From NCBI GenBank assembly GCA_036172245.1, contig JAYWIR010000035.1, positions 62,001 to 126,000 of the forward strand: DNA of 64,000 bases. The letters are read 5' to 3'. Source of the DNA: Raillietiella orientalis (Eukaryota). This document shows, in pieces, positions 38,934-54,820 of the stretch (the first letter of the stretch is position 1; the number at the start of each line of letters is the position of its first letter). The translations under genes were made by a program, and so were the position numbers. The notes below the pieces were generated by a model. That model worked only from the letters and a program-made list of their open reading frames with translations, ran no database searches and had not been told where the DNA came from.

Positions 38934-41900
38934 GCAGTTCGGGAACGAAAGACTCAGCCAATCAGTATCTTGACGCGAACCATGGCAACGCGGATAAGCA
39001 AGCAGCAGCGAGCTGCCTGGTGAATGATCCTCACCATTAACTGAACTGGGAATCCGTGGAACAATCTCCTGGTCTCCTCACGTAATCTGTTTGGAAAAAT
39101 GGGGTCGAGGAAATCTGGAGAAGTCCCCAAACCGATAGGGCAAGGAGGGTATCCCGAAATGCGTCTGTCTGCGTTTGCGTTGCTGGGCGCCGTTGCGAAC
39201 AAGGGGAGTCGCCGTCAAACAGGAACTGCCGGACCTCCTCCCCCTTTTACCCTCCCCGCCAAAAAGTGCACTTCGTCTGGCGGCCAGCCCGCGCCAGACC
39301 GATCCGAGTCGTTCCGCACGCGGGAACGGTGCAGGAAAACTGCGGAAGGGTTGGGAAAGAAGGCACTCAGCAAAGGAGGAAGTCCGAAGAACCGCGCAAC
39401 AGAGCTGGACGCTGGACGCGCGGTCAGCCGCGCTCCGCACCGCCTCGCCTGACCGAAGTGCTACCGGCCAGCCCTGAGGGATCTTCCCCGATTTTCCAGC
39501 CGCGGTACCAGCAGGAAGCGCGCGGCGAACAGAGGTCACGCATGCCAAGAACAGAGGGCGGTTTGACGATCCCGGCCTCGAACCAGGTCGAACGAGAGTC
39601 CTTTTGTTCGCCTGAGTGTACTTCCCGCAAAGTGCATCGGAGCAGCTCTCGTCCACGGGACGCGAAGGCGGAAGTCAGCAAGGATGGAAGTGAGAAAGGA
39701 CGGTCGAACGCGTTGAGACTTCGGGAGCAAATGGCGCAAACGGGATGAGGGTTTCGACTGGGATCTGGCGACCATGGGCAATCGCTTCGGGAGCAGCGCC
39801 GGTGCACGAAGAGCACGCCCAGGAGCGGGACGGGAGGAAGGAGCGAGGCGGAGACGCGAGCAGGTCGGTCCACGACGGATGACTCACCTGGAATCGAAGC
39901 GATGAGGTTCCCAGGGAAACGCACAGGGACAGCAGGAAACCGTAAGCAGAAGAGCCTCTCATCTTCCAAGGAGCACGAAATGGCCGGTGTCCGGGAAGAA
40001 GCGTCGCCCACTGGAACTGTAGCCAAGAAAATCAGAGCGCAGGAAACAGGGACTCCCGGTGAAAGAGCTCGGCAACCGCATGCCTTCGGGAGAAAGACAG
40101 GCCGCAGTTCCACGGCCGCGCTACTTTCCCCAGGTCGCTGATTTTCCCGCGATGGCAGCAGACCTGATCTCGCCAAGTCACGGTGGTGGTCACAAATTCC
40201 CGAGGGGGAAACCACGAAGGAGTCCTCTCGCTCTGAAAGGAAGCGACCCACTTGGAAAAAGCCCTAGCAATCACGAGAAGCTCCTCGTGTCCCGGAGCCT
40301 GCTCGTCCCGGTAGCTGCTGATGCCGGCAAATTGGCCCTCGCGGAAGACCTGCGGTCTCCAGGCGACGGACTGAGCGTGCCGACCGCGGGTGCGGGACGG
40401 TGCGGCTAGCAAGCGAAAGATGGCCGCCTCCGCTCCTCGGGAAGGCAGTGCAAAGCTCGCAGAACGGCTCGACGGCACTCGCCTCCGGGAGTTCCAACTT
40501 CCTCAGGAAGTGAAGCGCCTGAGGCTCTCCGTGATACGTGGCATTCCTGTGGAGGACGTCCGGCGGCTCATTGCTCAAGCGCCGAACACCTGCTCTTCTG
40601 AGCAGATTGGGGATTTTCCGTCCTGCCCTGTGATGCGGGGGAGGCGGGCGCACGCGGCTTCGATGGCGCTCGGCTCCCTCCTCCACGTGAGTCCCCCGTC
40701 AGGGTCGGAGGAGCGGGACGGCGACGGATTGCGTGGGGCAGTCGCCATGGACGCCGCAGACGACGTCCCGCACGCAGGAACTTTCAGACGCTGATGAGGC
40801 CTCGGAATGATCCGGGAGGAAGGATCGGAACGTGGAGCGAGGGCAGCGTGCTGGCTTGCTGCGTCCAGGAAGAGAGGGACGCTCCCCGGACCGGCGGAAG
40901 TTTCGAAAACGGGAACGCCACCGCTCCCACGCGCCTTTCTGGGACTGGTTCAAGATGCAAGGCTTTTTGCGCGCCACCTGCCGTTCCCGGTGACGCTCCA
41001 CCCTTTCTTTTCGGTGGGCGCTTCGCCTCGAGGACCCGCTCGTGGCATCTCCCCCTCCGACACGCAGGCCACTTCTTCTGAGTGCCATCCTGTGCGTGCC
41101 CGCCATCCATTCTTCTTTCCCAGCTTCCCCTCAGCTCACATCCAGATTGGGAAACTCCTCGAAAATTCCCGCTCCGGGGAACGAATCCCCTGGAACATCC
41201 TCGGCTCAGCGGACTCTTTTTCGTCCGGGTCGAGTGATCCTTCTCTCCTCATCCCCTGTGGGCAGGTCCCTCCGCTTCCTTGACACAGAGGTGGTTCCAG
41301 CTATTTGTCTGCAAGCCGAAGACAAGGAGGGTGGGTCGATTGCGCGATCTCATCGCTGATCCGGGGGATGAGGGAGAGAAGGAGGGCACCAACCACGGAG
41401 AGTGAGCCCGGTGGCGGCCGTGATCCACAGTCCACCTCCTTTCAGGGATCGCATTAATTCTTGCCGGGATATGAATGCGACAGGACAACGCCGCCTTGTT
41501 AGGGTCTCCTCCCTACCACAGTGGCCCATGTAGCTCCCATGTCTCTCCGCGCGTGATGCTAGGCGTTGCGGGTTCGAATCATCAACCCAGGGAAGAATCG
41601 ACGCCGAGAACGGTGTGTGTGTCGTAGATTTCGAGTCTCTCCTCCCCCTTCTTCATCGCAAGATGGCGCTGGTCGGCCTCGGTTGGCTTCGGGTGCCGCT
41701 GCACTAGTGGAAGCAGCCGAATTCCCCCCTTTGACCGGCCGGGGCTGGAAGCCGACCCTCCAGGGTTCCTCCAGGACATCGAAGAGCCCTTCGAGGCTCC
41801 TCCCCCCCCCTTCGGTTGCGAAAATGGAACCGTTTTCCTCCTCGGGAGAGAACCTTCCATCGCAAACCACGGAACTGGTTGATGACCCCCCTCGGGGAGT

Positions 41901-43342
41901 CACCTCTCCCGAGTTCCAAGAAGCGCGCTGCTCCCTTCAGGGAACGCCCCTCAGAGATATCGGGAAACATCCCTTCAGGGTTCTTCTTCAGAGGAGGAAA
42001 CGAAGAGCGCATCCTTTCTGGGGGGCCTTCCGGAGAATAAATTCCAGGAGTTCATCCTTTCCGAGTTCCCTCCGTAGAGAACCAAGGAAAAGGGTCCCTT
42101 CAGGGTTCTCTCTATCAAACGTAAGAGTAAAGGACTCCTCCTTCTCCTTCTTCCGGAGCCTTCTTAAATTCATAGCGTGGTCCCCTCCCGGGACGCCCAC
42201 CCTATTTCCAAGAGTTAACACGCACCTCGGGTGGCGTGGAATCGTGTGAAAGAGCTTCCTAAACCCCTAGGCGGATATTTCCTGAGTACCCAGAGAACCA
42301 AAAAAAGGACCACAGTGACGATGCCTGCGCCCACGGGAAGGGGCACCCCATTTTGAGGTGCAGATTGGTCAGTCCTCCTCCGATTCGCAGCGACTGCCCT
42401 CGAGGCGGGCAGACGAGGTTTCGAGAGGAGGGGGGGAGTGAGAGAAGGACACTGCACTGACTCTCCATCGGAGACGGGGGTCGCCTGAGAAAACCTGGAC
42501 GAGCAGCGGGGACTGATGCGATGCGACAGGAAAAAAGAGAAAGGAGGAGTGACCGGTGAACCGCATCTGCGGAGGCCCGGTGGTCGTACAAAAATTTCCA
42601 CTGCCCTTGATCTCGATGCTGTTGGATCCTATTGCAGCGGTCCTATTGGACTTGATTTTGCATAGAAGAACTTTTTCCAACAGGCAGAATTCAAAATCCG
42701 CGTTTCTTGAAGCACTGGGCACATTTATGTGAATAAACATACGTCGATCCACTGACAAGTATTGCCGCCGTCTGTAAGGAAGACCTCCTGCAGCTTTGTA
42801 GTTTCCCTATCAGACGATAAACGCACACCATAAAATTGACCCGCGAACAAAATTGCAATACAAGTGGACAAAGTACTGCCTGGTTTTGGACAAAGTTTAG
42901 GCAGACACCCCGTGATCGTGGGGAAGGTTTGGGAAATGATTTAAAGATAGGTTCTCCCTGTTCGATACTATGACACGAGGCCATCATAGGCGATGACATC
43001 TGTGGCATGGAAGCAATTGGAAAAAATGGAAGGACAGTGCGTTGTGCAGTCCCAAAGAATAAGCAAAATTATAAAGTAATAATTTACTCTAATTCTTAAT
43101 TAATTAGTAGCACTTGGTGATCTCAATGCTTGTTTCTCAGAAATCGCTACTTATTCTACTTTGTGCAATCCAGAAGCGTTTTAATCTGAATTTAAGTCAA
43201 GTTGGAATCCTGCCTAGGAGATCGTCTTTTCTTTTTAGGAGAGAAACCGGGGAGGAATTTTCATCACAAATACAAAAAATTTAAAAAAAAAACTATCTTG
43301 AACATATATACTTCATAATCTCGATAATCAACCTTGTTGAAC

Positions 43343-43974
43343 ATGGATCGCTGCAATAAAGATGTACAAGAACCCATCTGCATTCCGGATCCTTTTGTGT
43401 TGTTTCGGCAGTTCACAAAATATATTTGGGAAGGAAATCTCAGGTAAGGATTTCCAAGGTGGAGTGTTGCAAATCTAGAAGGCTTGCAAAGATTCTTCCA
43501 TATTTCAGACCATTTCGGATCTTAAATGATCATTTCTTTTCACATCCCCTCTTACTGAAGTAAGATGGATCCAGCTGAAGGATTAAGAAAAGTTTAGTGA
43601 TTAAGGAAACCATTTTTTGGAATGATTTTCAAAACTAAGATCTTCTTTAAATTTTCGTGCTGTTAAATTGCAGCTTATTTTTATTCAGATGGACTGTTGC
43701 AACCTTTAACAAGTATTACCTATCTGGTAAATTCTGAAGGTTCGGAGACTTCTATAACTGACGCCAACTTTCTATCAAAAACTTGATTTTGCTGTGTACA
43801 TTCGTGATCCTCATAATCCTTGCAGACAAGCATCAGCAAATTTCAGTTGTTCCTCGTTGGAACTCATCCGCAGACGGATTACTCTCACGTGACTCTCACG
43901 TAGCCACCTCAGAACAAAGTATCTTACCGAAGGAAAAATTGCTTTTATTGCTTTATATGTTATCAAACACAGAT
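43343..43974 (+). other. Candidate short multi-exon gene or pseudogene of unknown function
   Basis: ATG at 43343; exons 43343-43443, 43509-43559, 43689-43726 and 43826 onward join through GT-AG introns in consistent phase (MDRCNKDVQEPICIPDPFVLFRQFTKYIWEGNLRPFRILNDHFFSHPLLLKWTVATFNKYYLSDKHQQISVVPRW...). The 3' part does not resolve and no family was recognised. Confidence 0.3.
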
Positions 43975-46378
43975 TAGAAACCAAGTTTGTTATCTTGTTT
44001 GGAGATTCATTTTTTGTTCCTAATGGTCTCCTCATTTGATGTTTGTGAGATTGTCCCTTTCAAGTCTTCTGTTGACCTGCTTACAGCTGCTGTGTGTTAC
44101 AGACTATTTCTGGGCTGCCGCTGGTAAACAACCTACTTAGATGAGATTACTACTTATGAAAGTATGTTTACTCACTATCTTGATGTCAGAATATTAAAAC
44201 TGCATATGAAAAGGAGAAAAAAAAAACACATACACATATAATTTTAGCGAAGATGTACATCCATTCTTTTGTGCAAAAATAAGCAACAATTTTGAGTTTA
44301 AGTTCAAGGTAATACTGTTATGAAATTTGCGCGGGAATCATCTCGATGACAATTTTTTGGAATGACTGTTGACTAAATCCGAGCTTATGCATGCCAGTAA
44401 GCAATCGCGTGTTAAAATTGGGATTGCTTTCTGAACACCCATGGAAGAACTGGTGCCTTCCCCTTAAAAGACGTCCCTCCAAGCATTGAAATTTTTCATC
44501 AGAATTTCGAAGCTGCAAATTACTCTCTTTTTCACTGAGCGGAGTTCTCTTACGTGTGTTTCAAATCAATTTGGTATGGAGACAACACAAAGGAGGCGTG
44601 GGCCAGAAAAGCGGTAGCCGGACACCCAAAAATCAAACGACAAAAATTTGGTGATGCATAGGAAAAAAAAAAAGGATTGATATCATTCAAATGCTAATAT
44701 TAAATTTATCTGAAATATCTTAAGAACGTAAACTAGACGACTTGAGATGGAAGATTTTGAGATAGAAGAACATCATTCTGCGCGATATGTACATACGTAA
44801 CTTTGGGTGGGAAAGGAGTTGGTTTCATTTCGGATATCGTGTTACAAATAATTTCTGACCAAAAGATAATCCCCACATCCATGAAATGCAAACAGGAGAA
44901 TGCATTTGTGAATGGCTCGCAACAAATGAAATATGTCAAAGGCTGCAGACCAATTTATATATGTGAGGAAACTCTGCACCTTAAAAGGAGGCAAATCTAG
45001 ATCGATAAAGCTAAAAAAAAAAAATCAATGATGAATGCTAACAAAAGTTGTGTGTTTCCTTTGAAAAGTGCTCTGAATACTTAAAATCCATTCATTTCAA
45101 GTATTGCACCAAATGCCATTAAGACACTTTGCGAAATGTGTGCTTCGCGACCACTCTTCCGTTTACGGGCAACGCGAGGCTTCCCTATTCCCATTCACGT
45201 GCGGATTGCCAACGTTTAAATATTTTTATGAAAAGAATCGAAAAGCAATTCGATCATAAACCAAGGTAACTTATATGATTCAGATTCACACACACCTAAT
45301 GCCTAAATTTATGTTGCTGACTTAATAATTTATCTTTCAATAAACTAAAGGCACGGAAAGTGTAGACAGTGTTTCTAGTACAATAAAATATGGTGCTGAA
45401 ATTAAAGATTTCCAGATTAATACATATTGCTAGTGGTGAGTTACTCATTAAATTAACGATTATCACAATTTTAAAGAATTATACGGTTGTTAAAAGCTTG
45501 ACTTCTCCAAATGGAAAACTACGATATATTTTGGTTGCCTCTTGACTCCTTAGTCTTTTGGATATTGGAAATTCTACCTTTTGCAGAAACTACCTGATGA
45601 AAATCGTTATCGATCAAACATGAACTTCCTGATAATTTTTCATCGTTTCTTCATCAGTATGAGTTTTCTCACAAATTTCAGTTCAGTTGAGCAGAATCAT
45701 GTTATTTGGATAATATAAATTAGGTTTTACACTAAGCATTGTAACAAATGATAAACTGATAGGCTTATGAAAAATTTTGACTTAAATAATTCTAAAATAC
45801 ATATGCTATGTCATCATTCCAACTTAGAAAGTAAGCAAATCAGCTTATACGATTGAGACGTCCAGTTGGTTTAATTACTAATGTATAATTTCCGTAGTGG
45901 AACATCAGGAACAGGACCAGACAGAGCTGCTTCGAGAGTACAACAGACCCGGATGCACTGTCAAAAGCTAGCTTGCGTTGAAATTCAGGTGATTATGGAA
46001 TGTCATACCGACTTACTGTCTGCATTAAAATTTGCAAACTTAATGCATTATGACAGCAAAACACATCGCATCAGGAAACTGAAAAAAACCAAGAATCCCT
46101 TTCAGGGAAAGCCTAAAGAAAAAGCACGACTTGAAAACATTATGGTTGCAGATATTATGAAAAACTTTATTTAATGAATTTATTAAATCATGTCAACAAA
46201 ATCTTTGTTACCATGGATTTCCATTAAAGAAAAAATCAAATTCAAACTTGCCTTCATGTTATTACATAACAAAGGCAACACCTATCTGGTTCTATTTGTT
46301 TACTGTTTCATTTTCTATTTTTCAATTTTTTTGGAAGTTTTCTGAATTTTAACCCCAAACCCATTCCCGTTGCTTTCT

Positions 46379-48385
<2,007 letters not shown>

Positions 48386-48582
48386 CTAAAAGAAAAAAAA
48401 AAATTTGAAATCAAAACACTCAAACTTATGCTGTCAAGTTCAAACTTTGGCGTAACGCCAAGATTGCAAAATATACTCACTTATTAATAAAGGGACAGTA
48501 TCAAGAAAACGATCGGATATAATTTGTTGCTTTTCTTCTATTACACAGTTGTATTCAGAAATTTTCCTAAGAACCCTAATTG

Positions 48583-48640
48583 TTGTTTTTATATTTTTGC
48601 ACTTTTTCTAATTTTTTTTCTTTTTTTGTTATTTTTTAAT
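48583..48640 (-). promoter_or_regulatory. A-rich 5' UTR tract, probable PABP autoregulatory sequence (ARS)
   Basis: The minus strand has clustered oligo(A) runs (AAAAAATAACAAAAAAAGAAAAAAAATTAGAAAAAGTGCAAAAATATAAAAAC) upstream of a 5'-UTR intron (48480-48386, GTGAGT...TTTTAG). A-rich 5' UTR elements are known in PABPC mRNAs. Confidence 0.65.
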
Positions 48641-51600
48641 TAATAACACAAACAAGGTGGTGCTGAACCACACACACCCGAATCCGACGAAACTACCCTT
48701 AGAAGTGGCGCACATTAACAGTGACAACGTGTTAGTGCGCAATTTTTCCTTTTTTCAAAAACGATGATTCTAAAATTTGTATATCATAGAGTTCGTTATA
48801 GGAGTCCATTGGTGTTTCTATAGCTTTTTTAGCATCGGAATACGAAATTGCCTACATCCAAATATACATAAAGTGGATCTATGAATGGGCATGTGCAGGA
48901 CTACTTTTTTTTTTAATTACTTTTACCTACTGCATGTGCTAAGCCTTGTGGATTCACCGACATCATTGTTTGACATACGACCGTGTAAAGTTGATTTTCG
49001 TATGGCTTTTGGATTTCATAGAATGATGCTGGGAAACATCATGCGTTCCCAATTTTAATTTCGAAACATTGAAAATCACTGGTGTTCGTAATCGAAATGC
49101 GATTTTCTGGAATGTAATCAGCTTAAACATTATGTAACCACATTTATTAAAAACGAATCATTTACAAGCACCAATGAACCATTGATTACATTAGATTCCC
49201 AGATTGCCGCAGTCTTAAATAATTTCTGTCCCTCTCAAAAGATATTTACTTGATTCAATAAATAAATATTTGTTTTTTAAAATTACTTTCTGTGGGATTA
49301 AGAAATACATTGCACCAAACTGAGTTCCAATTGCTGAAATATGCTCTGGTATTTTACCGATTTTAAGCCGTGGTTTTAAGCTTCAGAGGCGATGGACTCT
49401 GATACTTTCTTTTGTCACATGAAGAATGAATAGCTACAATAATAAACACTTGATGAGAGTTAATGAGATACTTACACAATTCAGTGATTACTCTCGAAAC
49501 AATCGTCATCTCTTTCAAGCATTCATCATTGTAGATTAAGGCACGTAGATCGCAAAAAAACTTGGTTAGATGCTCATGAATGAAAATAATTGCAACATTC
49601 TGAAATACTTTTAAATTACTTAAAATACATTGTTTGCACCCAGAGCCCTAAATGTCCAATATCCTTTCTAAAAAAAGAAATTCTCTTGATAAAGTATACA
49701 TACTTGATTTCTAACTCCTCACTCTTTCCAGTTTCTCATGGAGAACTTTCATAAGTGTCTTCTGTGTGTTTGCCGATTCACAAAGAGCAACTGTCTATAT
49801 CTACAGTACTTTAACTTCATTAAAAGTCTTCGACCTCACAACAAACCTACCTGAAATACAATTTAAATCATCAGACATACAAAGGTAATACTGAAGTGGG
49901 TAAACATTAGCTATGTACGGTATCATGCAAAACAAAATACCAATGGAAATAATTAATAAACACTATAACTAAATAAATTATATGCCAAATAAAACTGAAA
50001 TAGGTTTATTTTTGAATGAAAAACATGGAAATCCTAAGAAAAGAGGTACAATTAATGAAATGCATAACTTTTGTTTCAAACGGTCTTAAGCAAAAAGAGA
50101 TATATGTGTGTTTAAAATTACCGCCATTAAGTAACACTTTCATGGAAACTTCAAGGAAATTTTAAAAGTCGTTGTTTTCATTTTTTTGCCATTTATTTTT
50201 ATACTCATTTAAATAAACACTGCTCATTTGGAATTTTCTTACTTGTGTCATTAAACAACAAAAGTGTGTGGACTGCCGAAAGCTTTCCTCTCGTCTTCCC
50301 TCATTTCATACACAATTTCATTTTTTTCTCCTACGAAACATGGTTAATTTTCTAACCAATATTATCAGATTTTATATATTATCTTTTCAATTTTTAGCCA
50401 ATATTTTAGTTTCAGAATATTATACAAGCGAACGAATATCGCATCTTCCTTACACTTTTTACTTCCTCAGTAGTTAAATGTTGTAGAAACAATAGAAAAT
50501 AAATGCGCTGCTACTTTTGCCCACACTTTATAAACTTCCATTATGTGCTCATCTTCTTCTTACTTCCATATCCAATACATACGTGTATAATCTTTTGACA
50601 TAGGCGAATAAACATACAAGAGTTACATTTTTTCGTTATTCGAAATTGATGATTATGAAGATGAGACATGATTATTGAAAATCAATATAATTACAAACTA
50701 ATGAGACTAAGGTAAAGTATTACACTGATTATGATTGAATCGTTTGTGACTGAACTCATATACTCGAATGTCTTTACTATTCTATAATCGACACGACGTT
50801 TTCTAAACGAAAAACATTGAGCTCCAAAAGTTTTATAGATGTACACAACAGCCAACAACATCATCGGCTATTCTCTGCTAAGGATCTATGAAAATTACTT
50901 GCATTGGCCGAAGCATTCAAAAACATTTAGCTACATCATTTTATTGTTCTACTGAGATTTCAATTAAATAAGAGACAGTAACTCAAAGATGCATTTTCCA
51001 AGGAAAGCAAGTGTTAGTTGAACAAAGGAGATATCAAGACGATAATCAAAACTGATTTCGTAATCATAAATTCAAAGTTGCTATGTAATAGATTCATTTG
51101 AATAGGATATTGATATTAGTCCTTGCTTACACAAAGCCATCGCTCTAGTTGATTTAATGCATAACACGGTATGGATTACAGTTTTAATTTAATATTGATT
51201 ACTGTTCTAAGATTTCCATCTTTTCCTTTCCGGCTTATAACTTTTAGGAGATTGTGGATAATAATTTCGATGAGATTTAATCTTTGCACTTTTTTATCGA
51301 TTCTTTGATAGCTTTTTCTAGGATTTGAAAACACCTATGTGGACGGAAAATTCGAAAATAAACATTGTACATAACTTCTGTACTTCGAAGGTCGCTTAAA
51401 AGTGATGCAAACTATAATCACTCATATTTTCTTCAACACACAATTATAAAAGGAAATTTTGCGCGCTGAAAGTTGTTTCCAAGTCAATGAATTCGAATGA
51501 GGAAAACTGCTATTCATAAGTCCACGTAAAAGAAGGACATATGTGTTTGAATCTGAAAATAAGACCTGAAAGAGGAAAGTTACAGAATTCAACCAAGGAA

Positions 51601-52056
51601 ATTCGAATTCATTGATAAATGAAAATGTTTAGCAAACGTTCTTGCAAATGTCGGAGCTCTTGTCTGGAAATGCATATTCACGAACGTAATATGCAACAAC
51701 AATCCTGTATACGAATAAGTGTACCTTTTGTTTAGATGAAAATCGGGAATCTCATTCGTATGAATTTGCTATCCTGGAGATAGAGGATAGGCAACTTTCT
51801 AAATTTAAAACGGGTTATAAGATGCTTTAAAGTTGTAGCATAGCAAATTCTTGATGTGTTTCTTTAATGCGTTGTATTTTCTTGAACGTCCATGTGTCAT
51901 ATGTGTTTACGCATTTTTTAATAAAGTTTCGTGTCATGGCATATAACACGACATGAGTATGTGACTTTCAGTGATCATTTAAGTTTCTGGATGCCGCCTT
52001 ATTCCAAGTTGAGAAAAAAATCATTATTGGCATAATATATAATTGCATTAATTAAC

Positions 52057-54820
52057 ATGGCAACAGATGATCCAGATGTCGAAATATCAGACGAAGATAA
52101 AGTATGTATTTCGGATTATGTTGACAGCAAGTAAACGGTACCTTTAATTACGTTAGACCAATCATCCCTTGATTCCAATTAATTACATTCCGGTTTTATA
52201 TTAGAGAATATCATTGCATTGATCTCATTTTAAGGCTGTGCCTCCATTTATATTATTTTGCTATTTGCTATTCCGTTTTAGCGAAGACTTTTGTAAAATT
52301 AAAAATAATTGAGTACTAATCAGTACAAAAATCCAATCAATGTTAAAATTAGATCAAGTATTCATACCAAACAGTTTGTACTATGATTTCTGTATATATT
52401 TCTGTGTTTATTGGTTTCATAATTAATAAAATGTTGTTTTCAGGTTAAAATAGTATGTGAGTTTTTTAAACATTGTCCACCTGGTGAATTTAACTCAGTA
52501 TTTACAGGTAATTTTAATAGATAGACTCACTATTTTTCAGATTTTGATGATTGAATACAGTTAAATAACTAATTGTGAACACCTTCTGTATCATAGCATG
52601 TTGTATGATTATATATATATATATAATCCTATATTTGATGAGGGGTGGGATTACAGTAAATTTAGGAATAATAAATGTGTTAATATTTTGCAAGTACTCA
52701 AGAAAATTTGGGATTTTTCTTAAGTCCTCAATGTTTAATGTTTGGAAAGTCGGTAGTTTTGTGTGTTCTGTGAATATGGTGTGTGTATATGATGACATTA
52801 GTTTAATTGACAAAAGAATGAAGATGGTGCTTTTTTCCACATTTTCCAGGGATCATGCTTATGGGGAAATGTTTGACATATAAGGTCTTTATCTGTAAAT
52901 TATGCTTATGTTCTGAAACAAGTGTCATAGATATTGGGAAAACATTTCTTGATAAATCTTTCTTGTATAGATGTCCTGAAATTAATCAGGGAATGCACCT
53001 GTTTTTTATTTTGTACATCAGTCTTGTATATGTTTGATTGAAATTGTAGACTAAACCATTATGCACTCACTGTATGCTTTTTGGAGTGTATAGTAATGGG
53101 AGAAGTTCAGTTCTGCATTTAGTTATATTTAGGTAATCATCATAGACTAAATTCTTTACAGGTTTTTTTGACTGCAGTGTTGCCTCAACTTTGTTTCCTT
53201 AAGTGAAGTGGGTAACTAGCTGAATTGATAGTTTTTTAGTTTGCAATCAATCAGGCTTACTTAAGTAAAACAATCAATAAAATACAACAATGAATAGCAA
53301 ATGCTGTCAGGTAGTGAATCTTGAAATTGCAGATTGTATGTGATTCAAAGTTATTCAAAGTTAATTCTTCATGATAAACATTTGAGAAATAATAAGTGGT
53401 CAGTTTTGGGCAATATTTCTATAGGATTTTTTGCATTTATTCATAATGAAGAAGAAATGGGAAAACAGCCTTGCAATTGATGATTGTAAAATGAGCATTT
53501 AGAGATTTGCAGAACACATAGAAATCATTAGCTTGAGGAAAAACATGTGAGTTTTAATGAAGAATGTAAAGATATTGGCAGTGAATTTATTTGGAAATTA
53601 TCAAAATTATGTAGTGGAAAAATATATGATGGAAAGATCAGAATTGTCTTGAAGAAATGGTTATCTCATTTTAAGTAAGGCAGTGTAATAAAACTTCTTT
53701 TCTGTTTTGTTTTAAAAGAAAGTACGAGGCATACAAACTTGGAGTATGATGTGACATTCTTGTTATTAGTAAAACTGATTAAAATTATTTTCATTTTAAA
53801 GGTGTGCATTAACTAAAAAAAAATACTCCAATATTAAATGAACTTTGTTGTTCCATTTTGTAAAGTAGTTTAAATTGCAACTTATATTCCAGATGTAAAG
53901 GTGCTTTTAAATAACGTGACATTACTCAAGGAAGCTGCTAACATGTGAGTGTGCTTGGCTATAGAGATATCAAATTTATGTTGTTATAGAGCGATTCCAC
54001 AGTACAATAAAGAGCAGTTTACCCCTGTTTCTTTAGAAGGCTGTAAATATCAAGTTCTAATTACTGAATTCAATGATCTTGGAGGAAGTCGATTTTATGA
54101 CCCTCGTTCCAAGCAAAGCTTTAAATTCGACCACATAAGAAAGGAATCATCAGCATTACAGGTTTTATTGGTTTCATGTGAACAAAAACTGACATTACTT
54201 GATAGAGCTGGATACCAGATGCCAAAGTGGAATCTTGGAGAGTAGCTCTTGATGATCATTTCACAACTTATGTTCAAGACCACTTTAAAATGCATGATCT
54301 TGAAAAAAATTCAGCTTGCAGTGTATTTGGTCAAATAGGAACAGATGGCAATATGCAGTTAATTGCGTGTATTGAAGCTCATCAGTATCAACCCAAAAAC
54401 TTTTGGTATGTGCTTAGTAGAATAAGCTTTAAGTTTTGAGGTATCCTGCTTAGGAATGGCAGATGGAGATCTCAGTGGCAAGTGAGTTTTAGCCCAAATG
54501 CCAGCACTGTAGACATCCAGGGAATAATGAAAGTGCATGTTCATTACTATGAAGATGGCAATGTGCAGTTGGTATCAGCAAAGGAAGTTAAGGAAAACAT
54601 CTCTGTTGAGTTGGAAGAGGAACATTTGGCCCGAGAAGTTGTTCGAATCATCAGTGAAGCTGAGAAAGCATATCAAATGGCTATTTCTGAAAATTACCAA
54701 ACTATGTCAGACACAACTTTCAAGGCACTAAGACGCCAACTTCCAGTTACACGTACAAAGATAGACTGGACCAAAATTGTCTCTTACAGCATTGGTAAAG
54801 AATTACGCCATCAAAGCTGA
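52057..54820 (+). CDS. CAPZA/cpa: F-actin capping protein subunit alpha (about 299 aa)
   Basis: Exons 52057-52101, 52444-52507, 53893-53944, 53990-54161, 54206-54405, 54454-54820 sum to 900 nt. Motifs ISDEDKVKI...[52 protein letters not shown]. Confidence 0.97.

Noticed and set aside
25000..42600. Dense overlapping long ORFs (e.g. 35467-36471, 33296-34207, 37025-37987) as genes or a bacterial/viral insert
   Set aside because: Long ORFs in all six frames are expected at high GC; the translations are R/P/G/S-rich without domains; the recognisable coding signal is spliceosomal MAM exons continuous with AT-rich exons outside the block.
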